From a bacterium (lineage in GTDB: Bacteria > Fidelibacterota > Fidelibacteria > Fidelibacterales > Fidelibacteraceae), in contig OY781066.1 of NCBI GenBank assembly GCA_963676395.1, positions 288,001-352,000 of the forward strand: a DNA stretch of 64,000 nucleotides, in the 5' to 3' direction. Positions 10,318 to 20,347 of this stretch are shown piece by piece. The notes below the pieces were generated by a model that ran no database searches, was not told where the DNA came from, and was given only the letters and a program-made list of their open reading frames with translations. The translations under genes were made by a program, and so were the position numbers. How positions within the stretch are numbered: the stretch's first letter is position 1; every line of letters begins with the position of its first letter.

Positions 10318-11384
10318 AAAAACTATTGATTATCTGCTTGCTCATCTCATTTTGTATTTCAGCTTTTGGAATAGATTTTTATCCCATAATTCTAAGGTTT
10401 AATCCAAACAACGGTAATGGATTTATAACTTCATAAAGCGTAAGTTCATTATCAAACCTAAAAAAATGGCGTAAACACTATTTGCTATTTTATGATTATT
10501 GGTTTTTTTCTGCTAATGATCCAATAGTCCTAGAAATTGAGTGGCTCAACTATAGTTTGATGCCAGGCTTACCCGGAGAAGATGTAAGTAAAGATGATAT
10601 TTTAAGTGCTGCTGAAAACGCTATTGAAACGTGGAATGAAATACCATATAACAAAGGTGATATATTTATTGAATACGATGAAGATTTTCATGATAACAAA
10701 ATCCCCGTCTGGATCACTGATGATTTAGATAATTTCCCCTTAATTGAAACGACGCATTTCGCAGGAATTACATGTTTGTGTGTTAATAAATATACCGGAT
10801 ACAATATGAGCTATGATTGTTACTTCTCAGATTATGAATATAATGAGATAGATCCAAATCCACCATTAAATGGATTTGTGGGTTCATCTGTATACTTAAA
10901 TGGTGACGTAGATGCAAATATGTATTTTGATTAGGTATGGGGTGAACCATTCTGGGTGAGTGACGTAGATATTGAACATATAATCATGCATGAATTAGGA
11001 CATGTGTTAGGTCTTACTGATGACAAAGACCAGGATTCTTCTTCCCTCCCGGAACCAGTTGCCGATCAGGCGATATATCATTTACGCCGTTCTTTAAAGG
11101 GATATAATGACAAAAACATCTATATTTCTCTTGGTAATGCTTATTGGACCCTAGAAGATTATGATAAAGCTGAAAAAAACTTTTTAATCGTTACAAGCAT
11201 GTTTCCACAAATGTTAGCCCCTCATTTTTGGTTAGCTACACTTTACTATGATATTGGAAGATTTAACGATTGTATTACTCAGTTAAAACATATTATTGAT
11301 GCGCAACCTAAGATCATGTCGGATGAAGTCCGAGCAATTAAGAATGATGCTTTCTTACTTTTAGAAGGGATTATTGCTCATTAG
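10314..11384 (+). pseudogene. Secreted metzincin metalloprotease pseudogene (two in-frame stops) joined to a TPR C-terminal fragment
   Basis: One reading frame from ATG 10314 (MKKLLIICLLISFCISAFG signal peptide), interrupted by TAA 10434-10436 and TAG 10932-10934; intact HELGHVLGLTD motif, then TPR repeats (LGNAYWTLEDYDKAEKNF). Confidence 0.78.
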
Positions 11385-11591
11385 ATTTTATAGAAAACGA
11401 TTAGAATGAAATCTCAACATACAATGCCATATATAGAGAGCAATTGAGAGGAATATTTTGAGTCAATACTTTTCACAATTCAATTTGTAAGTGAGTTAAG
11501 CTAATAAAAAGAAATATAACTTTCAATAGATTTTCAAAGCATTTTGGGTTTATTTTTATTATTATTCGCTCATTAGAATAAGGAGATTGGA

Positions 11592-12698
11592 ATGCATCAA
11601 AATTTAAAAATCACTCATATTGACATTTTTCCCTTTAATGTCGCCTCAGAACACGAATTTAAAATCGCCACAATGGTAATTTCAGGTGCTGAAAATGTTT
11701 TAATTAGAATCAGAACCAACGAAGGAATTGATGGCTGGGGTGAAGCTTCATCCTTCCGTGCTATCGTTGGTGAAACACAAAAAATCAATTTAGCGGCCGC
11801 TCAAGAACTTCGTGAGATGTTAATTGGTAAGAATCCACTGGACTATGCCAGCAGAATCCGCGAAATGGATGCTTTTTTACCACTCAATGCTACGATTAAG
11901 TCAGCTTTTGATATGGCATTGTACGATCTTGCCTCGAAGCACGCCAATTTACCTCTTTATCGTTTTCTTGGTGGAGAAAAAAGACTGATCGAAACCGACC
12001 TGACCATGGGCATTGCCAAACTTGAAGACGCCGGCAAAGATGCCATGAAAATTGTCAACCAGGGTTTTAAAAAGATCAAAACAAAAGTAGGGATTGATCC
12101 CGAAGAAGATATTTTAAGATTAAAAGCTATTCGTGAGGCGGTTGGACCCGATATTAAGATACGTATAGACGCCAATCAGGGCTGGGATCGTGTAACGGCC
12201 GTTAAATGCCTGCAGGCCATGGAGCCACTGGATATCGAGTTTTGCGAGCAACCTACACGTCGCTGGGACCTTGATGGCATGAAATATGTTTCAGAACGCA
12301 CCAGTATTCCCATTATGGCAGATGAATCTGTATTTTCACCCGAAGATGCCATGATGGTTATCCAAAAACAAGCGGCACCAATGATCAATATTAAAATATC
12401 TAAATCCGGTGGAATTAAAAATGCCATCATGATCGCAAACATTTGCGAAGCGGCTCATATTCCATGTATGACCGGTTGTATGTCCGAATCGGGACTTGCC
12501 AATACAGCTTTCTCACATTTCGCCATGGCACATCCCATTGTGCAATATTTTGATCTGGATGCCAATGTCGGTCATATCAACGAACCCATTATTGGTGGTG
12601 TGATCATCGAAAACGGGACGGTATCTTTCCCCGATGATATGATAGGTATCGGTGCTTATCCGGATCCTAATTTCATAAAAACACTAAAATCCATTTAG
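11592..12698 (+). CDS. Dipeptide epimerase (L-Ala-D/L-Glu epimerase family, enolase superfamily)
   Basis: KTK catalytic motif, DANQG, EQP, ADES, NIKISKSGG, GCMSES and DLD motifs. Confidence 0.88.
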   Translation: MHQNLKITHIDIFPFNVASEHEFKIATMVISGAENVLIRIRTNEGIDGWGEASSFRAIVGETQKINLAAAQELREMLIGKNPLDYASRIREMDAFLPLNATIKSAFDMALYDLASKHANLPLYRFLGGEKRLIETDLTMGIAKLEDAGKDAMKIVNQGFKKIKTKVGIDPEEDILRLKAIREAVGPDIKIRIDANQGWDRVTAVKCLQAMEPLDIEFCEQPTRRWDLDGMKYVSERTSIPIMADESVFSPEDAMMVIQKQAAPMINIKISKSGGIKNAIMIANICEAAHIPCMTGCMSESGLANTAFSHFAMAHPIVQYFDLDANVGHINEPIIGGVIIENGTVSFPDDMIGIGAYPDPNFIKTLKSI

Positions 12699-12727
12699 AA
12701 TAAATAATATTAGATTTTTAAATGCAC

Positions 12728-12751
12728 GGGCGACCTTGGGTCGCCCATTTT
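12728..12751 (+). terminator. Terminator after dipeptide epimerase
   Basis: GGGCGACC-TTG-GGTCGCCC followed by ATTTT. Confidence 0.65.
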
Positions 12752-12766
12752 ATTTATACAATAATA

Positions 12767-12790
12767 AAGGCGGACATAATGGTCCGCCTT
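12767..12790 (-). terminator. Terminator after esterase gene
   Basis: AAGGCGGAC...GTCCGCCTT inverted repeat between convergent genes. Confidence 0.6.
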
Positions 12791-12817
12791 AAAGTGTTCA
12801 ACTTATCAGAACAATAA

Positions 12818-14428
12818 TTATTTCAATAGCATCAACTTTTGTGTTTTGTGCTCTTCGCCAACCTGTAATTTAACAATGTACACACCTGAAGAAAAGTTTC
12901 CGGCGTTCCATGCCAATTCATAAGCTCCCTGCTCATAAACTTCATTTATCAGTTTTGCAACACACTTTCCTTTGATATCATAAATATTCAGGCTTGTATG
13001 TGAGCATTCGGGAACCGTAAAGCTAATATTACAAAGTGGATTAAATGGATTTGGATAGCTCTGCAACAGGACATGATCCATAGTTTCATGATAATTTTTT
13101 ATTGATACCACCTTATTTACATTAAAACTAAATGATGGATCGGTAAGTGCATACTGAGGGTATGCAAATGGTGTACTTCGCGTTGAGGGAGCATAATTAT
13201 AAGTTTCAGAACCTAAATTTAAACTGAAAGTAAATGTATCACCAATTTTTGCCGGGAATTCAAATTCCAGATCCGTCATAACATGATCAAAAGTGGTATC
13301 ACCTTCACAGTGTAGCACAATGGTTGTATCCAACACTTCATCCATATCAACCAAAACTGTTACCGTACTATCTATGGGCCTTCCCAACATTTCCAAATAT
13401 TGCGCCGCCATTTTAAAACCAATCCGATTCAAAGCACCACCACTAAAATGCATATTCTTGCTGGAATAACGGTAATTTTTACAATCATCAACATCTACAC
13501 AAGCACAATCTGCACGATGATTAGGCAAATCTCTTTGAGCAGCTCTAACGGGTTCTTCGTAATTTGAATCCGGATTCCAATTGATTTGCACACAAATAAA
13601 AGGAAGATTATCCAGCTCAGAATCATTGGTAAAACGTGCACGGATTCTATCAACAAAATTCTGAAGATTCCTGGGATATGCAGAAGATGCCTGCGGGGTT
13701 TCGTCACTTTCACCCTGAAACCAGTAAAAGGCTACATATTTTGGTTCATATCCTTTTTCGCGAAAAGCGATCTCGGCATTTTCGTGCTTTTCAACAAACC
13801 ATTGCCAGGTAGTACCATCAGGTTTCCAATCTTCATAAAGTGATGTTCCACTATAAGGTGCTTTTAAAATCGCCAATGAATCGCTAAAATTATTGTACAA
13901 GGTTCTTGCCAGTAAAATTTCCAATCCAAAACCATGATTATATCCATCACAGTAACTCCGTGACATACCAAATTTTGTGAGAAGCCCTAAGGTTGAAAGA
14001 CCAAATTCACCGCCGGAATAAGCCAAATAATATGGGATATGAGTATCAACCGTATCTTCAATAAAATATTTTAAATCACCACAATGTTCGGCATTTGATT
14101 GCCCGGATATAACAACCACTTTTCTGTCCTGACGATAAGCTACATAATTCATACTATCAAGCAGTGTATCCAAAGCACTGATCTCATAACTTTCTGGTGA
14201 AAATAGAAAAGCTCTATATTTAGGAGCAAAAGAGGTATCAATACCTGCTGGGATCTTTGCTGTATAATATCCACTGCTATCCGTTTTCACTCCGGCAATT
14301 GATACGTTCTCCATCCCTTCTCCATCTAAAACAATGCGTCCAAACACGGTAAGAGAATCCACTTCACTTGCGTGTAAGCATGCAGATAAAAGCATGAATC
14401 CAATGAACAGATTCTTTAGCAATTTCAT
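12818..14428 (-). CDS. Secreted sialate O-acetylesterase/CE6-like (SASA, SGNH) protein with T9SS C-terminal domain
   Basis: Signal peptide; GQSNA, WFQGESD and NMHF motifs; C-terminal SYPNPFNP...SGVYIVKL...KLMLLK. Confidence 0.82.
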   Translation of the reverse strand: MKLLKNLFIGFMLLSACLHASEVDSLTVFGRIVLDGEGMENVSIAGVKTDSSGYYTAKIPAGIDTSFAPKYRAFLFSPESYEISALDTLLDSMNYVAYRQDRKVVVISGQSNAEHCGDLKYFIEDTVDTHIPYYLAYSGGEFGLSTLGLLTKFGMSRSYCDGYNHGFGLEILLARTLYNNFSDSLAILKAPYSGTSLYEDWKPDGTTWQWFVEKHENAEIAFREKGYEPKYVAFYWFQGESDETPQASSAYPRNLQNFVDRIRARFTNDSELDNLPFICVQINWNPDSNYEEPVRAAQRDLPNHRADCACVDVDDCKNYRYSSKNMHFSGGALNRIGFKMAAQYLEMLGRPIDSTVTVLVDMDEVLDTTIVLHCEGDTTFDHVMTDLEFEFPAKIGDTFTFSLNLGSETYNYAPSTRSTPFAYPQYALTDPSFSFNVNKVVSIKNYHETMDHVLLQSYPNPFNPLCNISFTVPECSHTSLNIYDIKGKCVAKLINEVYEQGAYELAWNAGNFSSGVYIVKLQVGEEHKTQKLMLLK

Positions 14429-14925
14429 TTTTTGACTCCTTCTTTTCTATTTTATAAAAACAATTCTTCTTTTATATCTTCGTTTTGGCTTCCCACACAC
14501 AATATATATTACATGTTATGCGCCTCAAAGCTAAAATGATGTTCCCTGAAGCTTAGGTAAGCCTGGAAAATTCAGTGGTTTTCTTTCCATTCAAATTGAT
14601 CTTCATCATAACACTAAATGAATCGGGATAGGTATTTAATGATAGAGTATCATTTTCCACTTCGCTTTTAGCGGTTCCCGATGGAATATAAAAATAAAAG
14701 CAACCCTGTTCATCGTTTTGATTTTACCCCTAAGCCGATTAAAGTTTAAACTACATAAATATTACATGCTCTATAACGGCAAAATTTATACAAATCTATA
14801 TAATAATCCAAATTATGATTTTTTTAAATTGCTAGTTGATGTTTGCAATCGGCAAGTAATTCTTTATTCAATATTTTCACATCAAGTTCTGTACTAGAAA
14901 TTAATACTCATTATATAGGAATAAT

Positions 14926-14954
14926 AAAAAAAGGAACGCATTTCAGCGTTCCTT
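14926..14954 (-). terminator. Terminator after nagA
   Basis: AAGGAACGC...GCGTTCCTT stem with poly-T on the minus strand. Confidence 0.7.
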
Positions 14955-14978
14955 AAATTAATAATATTTGAAAGAATA

Positions 14979-16157
14979 TTATTCTTTCATCATTTTAATA
15001 TCACCTTTTACCATGGTCATACGAACATTGTAGTTTTCATCAAACACCACAATATCAGCATCACGCCCGGGCATAATATACCCTGTCTCAATCTGTTTTG
15101 AGATAACTGTAGCAGGATTACATGAGGACATACGAAGTGCATCTTCCATTGGAACATCCATATCTTCAACAAGATTTTTTACACCTTGGATCATTGTAAG
15201 GGCTGAGCCGGCAATCGTATCATCACCACATTTATGAAAAAGACCGTCTTTGAGGTGTACTTCTTCGTTATTTGCAAGCAATTTACCTTCTTTTTGACCT
15301 GTAGGACGTAAACAATCCGTAACCAATACGATCTTATGAACCGGCTTAACACGACGTAGTAATTTTACAATAGCCGCATGTAAATGATATCCATCGGCAA
15401 TGATCTCACATGCGATATTGGGATAGATCATAATAGCACCCACCACACCCGGATCACGGTGATGCAGTCTACGCATAGCATTAAAGAAATGAGTTGAATG
15501 TAAAATACCGGCTTGAACCGCTTCCATCATATCATCATAGGTTGCGTTTGAATGACCTGCTGCCAGTACGATCCCCTGTTTTGCACAATATAAAGCAAGT
15601 TCATGTACGCCATCCAATTCGGGAGCTACCGTCATTAAAGAAATATTCCCATCGGCGGCTTCTACATATTCTTTCATTTTATCAAGATCAATTGGTATCA
15701 TATATTTTGGATCTAAAGCACCGTGTTTTTCACGAGAAATAAATGGGCCTTCAAGGTTGGCTCCAAAGATCTTTGCTCCTTCTTCTTTTCCCATCGCCTC
15801 ATTGATCGCTTCGATACATTTAATAAATTGACTGTGTTCCTGGGGATAAAGTGTTGGACAAAAAGCGGTTACTCCATATTCAACCAATGCTTTGGACATT
15901 TCAAGAATGGATTCAGCATTGGCATCAGAAGTATCAAAACCATGGATCCCATGTATATGAGTATCAATAAAACCCGGAGCAACATAGGCACCATTCAAAT
16001 GTATATGAGTAGTATCCTCGGAAAACTCCATTTTATCAAGTTTGTCATTTTTTATCACATCAACAACTTTACCATCTTCAACAATAACATTTGCATGTTC
16101 AACCATTGCGATTCCGGTGAAGACTGTAGCGTTTCTTAAGCATATTGTTTTTGACAT
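14979..16157 (-). CDS. nagA: N-acetylglucosamine-6-phosphate deacetylase
   Basis: PGFIDTHIHG, LEGPF, GHSNA, THFFNAM, IADGYH, VTDC and IAGS motifs; start MSKTI behind AAGGGA. Confidence 0.92.
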   Translation of the reverse strand: MSKTICLRNATVFTGIAMVEHANVIVEDGKVVDVIKNDKLDKMEFSEDTTHIHLNGAYVAPGFIDTHIHGIHGFDTSDANAESILEMSKALVEYGVTAFCPTLYPQEHSQFIKCIEAINEAMGKEEGAKIFGANLEGPFISREKHGALDPKYMIPIDLDKMKEYVEAADGNISLMTVAPELDGVHELALYCAKQGIVLAAGHSNATYDDMMEAVQAGILHSTHFFNAMRRLHHRDPGVVGAIMIYPNIACEIIADGYHLHAAIVKLLRRVKPVHKIVLVTDCLRPTGQKEGKLLANNEEVHLKDGLFHKCGDDTIAGSALTMIQGVKNLVEDMDVPMEDALRMSSCNPATVISKQIETGYIMPGRDADIVVFDENYNVRMTMVKGDIKMMKE

Positions 16158-16347
16158 ATTTTTCCCTTTCAACATCTGTGAAATGTAAGGTTTCAAGCAT
16201 ATGAATAAAAGAAAAATCGGATGAATTATTTAATGTGATAATTGGTATAATAATTTACAAAATCATATAATTTATAAGCTTGAGTTTGAGCCCTAAATTT
16301 CTGATAATACTATTATTTATCCTAAGAATTCCCTGGATTACAAAAAA

Positions 16348-17655
16348 TTATTTATTTAGAAGAAACGTTTTAAATACCTCAAAATCATTTTCCATTAAAA
16401 CAGCTTTCTTCTCTAACTCTTGAACTTTCGCCAATCTTTCGGGCATAGGTGGTTCTATCCCCAGTACCGGCTCAACCACATCGCCAAATTTCGCAGGATG
16501 GGCTGTTTCAACAGTGATACAAATATCGTCTCCATTAACAACCTTATGGTATTTTTCTGCCGCACACATTCCAACCGCACCATGAGGATCCAGTATATAT
16601 TTGTATTTATCATAGCTTGCTTTGATCTGGTCTCTTGTTTCCGAATCAAAAAACGACCAGGATTCTATATCCTGCTTCATAAATGGTACCGCATGACCAT
16701 AAAGATCCTGAATTCTTACAATATTACTGGGTGCGCCAACATCCATGGCGTTTGAGATCGTATGTTTTGTATCCTGGCTTTCATACATACCTGTATTTAA
16801 GTACTTAGTCAGGCTATCATTTTTATTACAAGCAGCCACAAATTTTTTAACCGGCAAGCCCATACGCTTAGCAATAAGACCGGCTGAAATATTTCCGAGA
16901 TTACCACTGGGTACAACAATAACGGGATCTTCCATAATCTCTTTCTCTCGTAATTGCTTTACGGCATTAAAGTAGTAAAAGCTTTGGGGGATCAATCGAG
17001 CCAGATTAATTGAATTAGCTGAAGAAAGAGTCATTTTTTTACTCAATTCTTCATCGACAAAAGCATTCTTGACTAAAGCTTGACAGTCATCAAAAGACCC
17101 TTTTACTTCGATAGCTGTGATATTCTTGCCTAAAGTCGTCAGTTGCTGTTCTTGTACTTTTGATATTTTTCCCGAGGGATATAGAAGTACCACATCGATG
17201 CCTTCTACGCCATAAAAACCGTGAGCAACAGCTGAGCCGGTATCTCCCGAGGTAGCCACCAACACAGTTGCTTTTTCACCACTTCCCTGTTGATAATAAC
17301 TCATTAATCTTGCCATAAACCGTGCACCGACATCCTTAAAAGCCAAGGTGGGTCCATGAAATAATTCAAGAATATAATTTTTATCATCCAATTTCACCAA
17401 GGGTGTATTGAATGACAAAGTATCATCAACGATTTGAACGATCACGTCGGAAGGAAGATCATCACCCAGCAAAGTTAAGGCAACTGCAGCAGATAATTCC
17501 TTAAAAGAAAGCTTATGCATATTATCGAAAAATCGCGGTGGCATCTGAGGAATTTCTTCAGGCATATATAGACCTTTATCTTTAGGGAGTCCTTGAAGAA
17601 CTGCGGTCCTCAGATCAACATTCTCTACTTCCATATTTGTGCTGAAATATTTCAT
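16348..17655 (-). CDS. thrC: Threonine synthase
   Basis: ELFHGPTLAFKD PLP lysine, ATSGDTG, SANSIN, PSGNLGN, TAHPAKF. Confidence 0.96.
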   Translation of the reverse strand: MKYFSTNMEVENVDLRTAVLQGLPKDKGLYMPEEIPQMPPRFFDNMHKLSFKELSAAVALTLLGDDLPSDVIVQIVDDTLSFNTPLVKLDDKNYILELFHGPTLAFKDVGARFMARLMSYYQQGSGEKATVLVATSGDTGSAVAHGFYGVEGIDVVLLYPSGKISKVQEQQLTTLGKNITAIEVKGSFDDCQALVKNAFVDEELSKKMTLSSANSINLARLIPQSFYYFNAVKQLREKEIMEDPVIVVPSGNLGNISAGLIAKRMGLPVKKFVAACNKNDSLTKYLNTGMYESQDTKHTISNAMDVGAPSNIVRIQDLYGHAVPFMKQDIESWSFFDSETRDQIKASYDKYKYILDPHGAVGMCAAEKYHKVVNGDDICITVETAHPAKFGDVVEPVLGIEPPMPERLAKVQELEKKAVLMENDFEVFKTFLLNK

Positions 17656-17807
17656 ATGCTTCCTTTTGTTCTATTCATGCGAAAATATAATTCTTTAATT
17701 CAATTTGAGTCAAATTATTTGAGTCGATTTATTTAATCCCATTTTTTATTTCTTTTTCCCGTTTTGCTTACTTATTTTTGTATGTCAACAAAAACATAGG
17801 AGCTATC

Positions 17808-18215
17808 ATGAAACGTTTTCTTTCTTTTTGCTTATTTTTCTCAATTATACTTTTAGCTATATCCTGTACATCAGCCTATACATCAAGTGATGGAGATTAT
17901 CTTGAAAAATACTATGCTCCCGAAACACTATTAACCCTTGTTGAAAATCCCGATTCAAACATTTGGATCGTTGATGTCCGCGGTGAAGCAGCTTACAATA
18001 ATCGTCACATCCCTACCGCTAAAAACTATCCTTCTTCAACGATTATGGGACAGCTTGATGAAATACCAAAAAGCATTGGTCTTATCTTCTATTGTGAAAC
18101 AGGTGGTCGTGCACAAATGGTTATTAACAACCTGGAAAAAGAAGGCTACACCAAAATGCTAAATTGGGGCGGTAATTCACGATGGCCTTATGATTTTGAA
18201 ACTAATGATGAGTAA
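17808..18215 (+). CDS. Rhodanese-like lipoprotein
   Basis: Lipobox LAISC; IVDVR, HIPTA and active-site YCETGGRA; AGGAG RBS before ATG 17808. Confidence 0.85.
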   Translation: MKRFLSFCLFFSIILLAISCTSAYTSSDGDYLEKYYAPETLLTLVENPDSNIWIVDVRGEAAYNNRHIPTAKNYPSSTIMGQLDEIPKSIGLIFYCETGGRAQMVINNLEKEGYTKMLNWGGNSRWPYDFETNDE

Positions 18216-18341
18216 TAGTGATAAAATATTCTCACCATTGCAATTATCTATCAACCCAAGCCATAACATACAAACGGATAGATAATTTTCTTTTGGTTTT
18301 GGTATATATTTCAAATATCAGCAATATCAAGTAAGCTTTTA

Positions 18342-19274
18342 CTATATTATTTCCGCGCCCTTCTTATTGACTTTTGAAACATAACATTCATTTTTAATTT
18401 TATGTTCGTCATAAACATTGGCCATGGTCATTGCGATTTTTTCTGCATTTTTTTTCCCTTTGCACAAAGCAAATATGGTAGGACCTGAACCGGAAATACC
18501 ACAGGCTAACGCTCCGGCTTTAAGTCCGGCACTCTTAACTTCATCAAAATATGCCAAAAGATCTTTTCGCTTTGGTTCGGCAATAAGATCAACCATTGAA
18601 CGAGCTATCAGCTCCCAATCACCTTTATAAAGTGCAGCAACAAATGCACCCAAATGTGCAGATTGCTTAACCGAAAGATCTGTCTCTATTGATTGGGGAA
18701 TCACCGCTCGTGCATCTCGCGTAGCTACCGCAACATCGGGATGAACAACCGCACAATACAAATTCCCGGGATAATCCAATTGGACAATATCCAAAGGATT
18801 ATTAGAACGTATTAATGTAATACCTCCCAATAATGAGGGTGCCACATTATCCGCATGTGCCGCACCGCATGCCAAGCGTTCACCTTCCATTGCATATGGC
18901 ACCAACTCCATATTTGTAAAAGGCTTACCCAGGTATGCATTCGCAGCTACAGCCGCCGCGACAGATGATGAAGCCGAAGATCCCATACCGCTTTGTAAAG
19001 GTAAACCCTTAATCAAACGAATAGCCAGATCTTCTTTTCGCCCTAGATCATCCAACATTTTTTGTATGACCACACCGACAACATTTTTCTCAACCATTTT
19101 TGGGAGTTTACCATCATCTCCACTGATCTCGATCAAATCAAGTCCTGGATTATTGCCCTTTTCAACCGTTACAATATCCCCGGGACGTTCAAGCGCCAAA
19201 CCTAAGCAATCAAAACCAACCGAAACATTGCCGATACTGGCCGGTGCAAAAGCACAAACGCGTTTAGTTTTCAT
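18342..19274 (-). CDS. thrB: Homoserine kinase
   Basis: PASIGNVSVGFD, GLPLQSGMGSSA GHMP motif, HADNVAP, ISGSGPT. Confidence 0.95.
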   Translation of the reverse strand: MKTKRVCAFAPASIGNVSVGFDCLGLALERPGDIVTVEKGNNPGLDLIEISGDDGKLPKMVEKNVVGVVIQKMLDDLGRKEDLAIRLIKGLPLQSGMGSSASSSVAAAVAANAYLGKPFTNMELVPYAMEGERLACGAAHADNVAPSLLGGITLIRSNNPLDIVQLDYPGNLYCAVVHPDVAVATRDARAVIPQSIETDLSVKQSAHLGAFVAALYKGDWELIARSMVDLIAEPKRKDLLAYFDEVKSAGLKAGALACGISGSGPTIFALCKGKKNAEKIAMTMANVYDEHKIKNECYVSKVNKKGAEII

Positions 19275-20313
19275 AATAACCTTTCGCCACTAATAATTCG
19301 GCATTCAAAATGGCTCCGCCGGCCGCTCCGCGAATGGTATTATGTGACAAAACCGTGAATTTATAATCAAAGATCGTACATTCACGTAAACGACCAATAC
19401 TAACCGCCATACCGTTACCAAGATCCTTGTGTAATCGAGGTTGTGGAAAACGTGGATCATCAAAATAATATATCGGAGGTTTAGGTGCAAAAGGGAGATC
19501 CAATTTTTGCGGTTCAGAAGTATATTCTTTCCAGACCTTAAGGACCTCTTCTCGTTTTACTTTCTTTTTAAAAGAAATACTGACCGATTCGGTATGACCG
19601 TTAACAACAGGAACGCGATTACATGAAGCGGATAAAGTAAGATCAGAAAATTCTACTTTTTGATCATTTAATTTTCCCAGGATCTTTAAAACTTCTACCT
19701 GCATTTTTTCTTCTTCACCACCAATATAGGGGATCATATTATCTAAAATATCCAGGGATGATACACCGGGATACCCTGCTCCCGAAAGCGCCTGCATCGT
19801 AACAACAGAAACCTTATCAATGCCAAAAGCATCATCTAAAGGTTTTAAAGCAACCACCAATCCGGTGGTTGAACAATTTGGATTTGTTACAATTTTCCCG
19901 GTTTGTTTTTGTTTTTCGATCAAAGCTAGATGATCGGGATTTACATCAGGTACCAGCAAGGGAACATTTTCGCTCATTCGATGATTTTTTGCGTTTGAAA
20001 TAACCATATACCCCGCTTCGGCAAAAGCTTCTTCAATTGGACCTGCTACAGCTGCATCCAAACCACTGAAAACGATTTTACAATCTAAGTTCGGTTTGCA
20101 TTCCGAAACAACCATATTTCCGATTCGTTGATTTAAAGTTTTTTCCTGAAACCAGTTAGCTGCATGCTTATACAATTTCCCGGCAGATCTTTCAGATGCA
20201 CCTAATGCCGTGATCTTAAACCAGGGATGATCTTCTAATAATTCAATAAATTTCTGACCGACTGAACCGGTTGCACCTAAAATTCCTACTGGGATTTTTT
20301 TATTATCTGTCAT
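19264..20313 (-). CDS. asd: Aspartate-semialdehyde dehydrogenase (archaeal/eukaryotic-type clade)
   Basis: GATGSVGQ, NPNCST catalytic Cys, QALSGAGYPG, HNTIRGAAG. Confidence 0.95.
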   Translation of the reverse strand: MTDNKKIPVGILGATGSVGQKFIELLEDHPWFKITALGASERSAGKLYKHAANWFQEKTLNQRIGNMVVSECKPNLDCKIVFSGLDAAVAGPIEEAFAEAGYMVISNAKNHRMSENVPLLVPDVNPDHLALIEKQKQTGKIVTNPNCSTTGLVVALKPLDDAFGIDKVSVVTMQALSGAGYPGVSSLDILDNMIPYIGGEEEKMQVEVLKILGKLNDQKVEFSDLTLSASCNRVPVVNGHTESVSISFKKKVKREEVLKVWKEYTSEPQKLDLPFAPKPPIYYFDDPRFPQPRLHKDLGNGMAVSIGRLRECTIFDYKFTVLSHNTIRGAAGGAILNAELLVAKGYYEN

Positions 20314-20347
20314 TTATATTTTCCTTTTTATTTTACCTTTACTCTTA

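Noticed and set aside
10434..10934. Stop-codon reassignment or Sec/Pyl readthrough explaining the in-frame stops
   Set aside because: The stops are TAA and TAG, and core genes end normally in TAA (ftsZ), TAG (thrB) and TGA (murC); neighbouring frameshifts indicate decay
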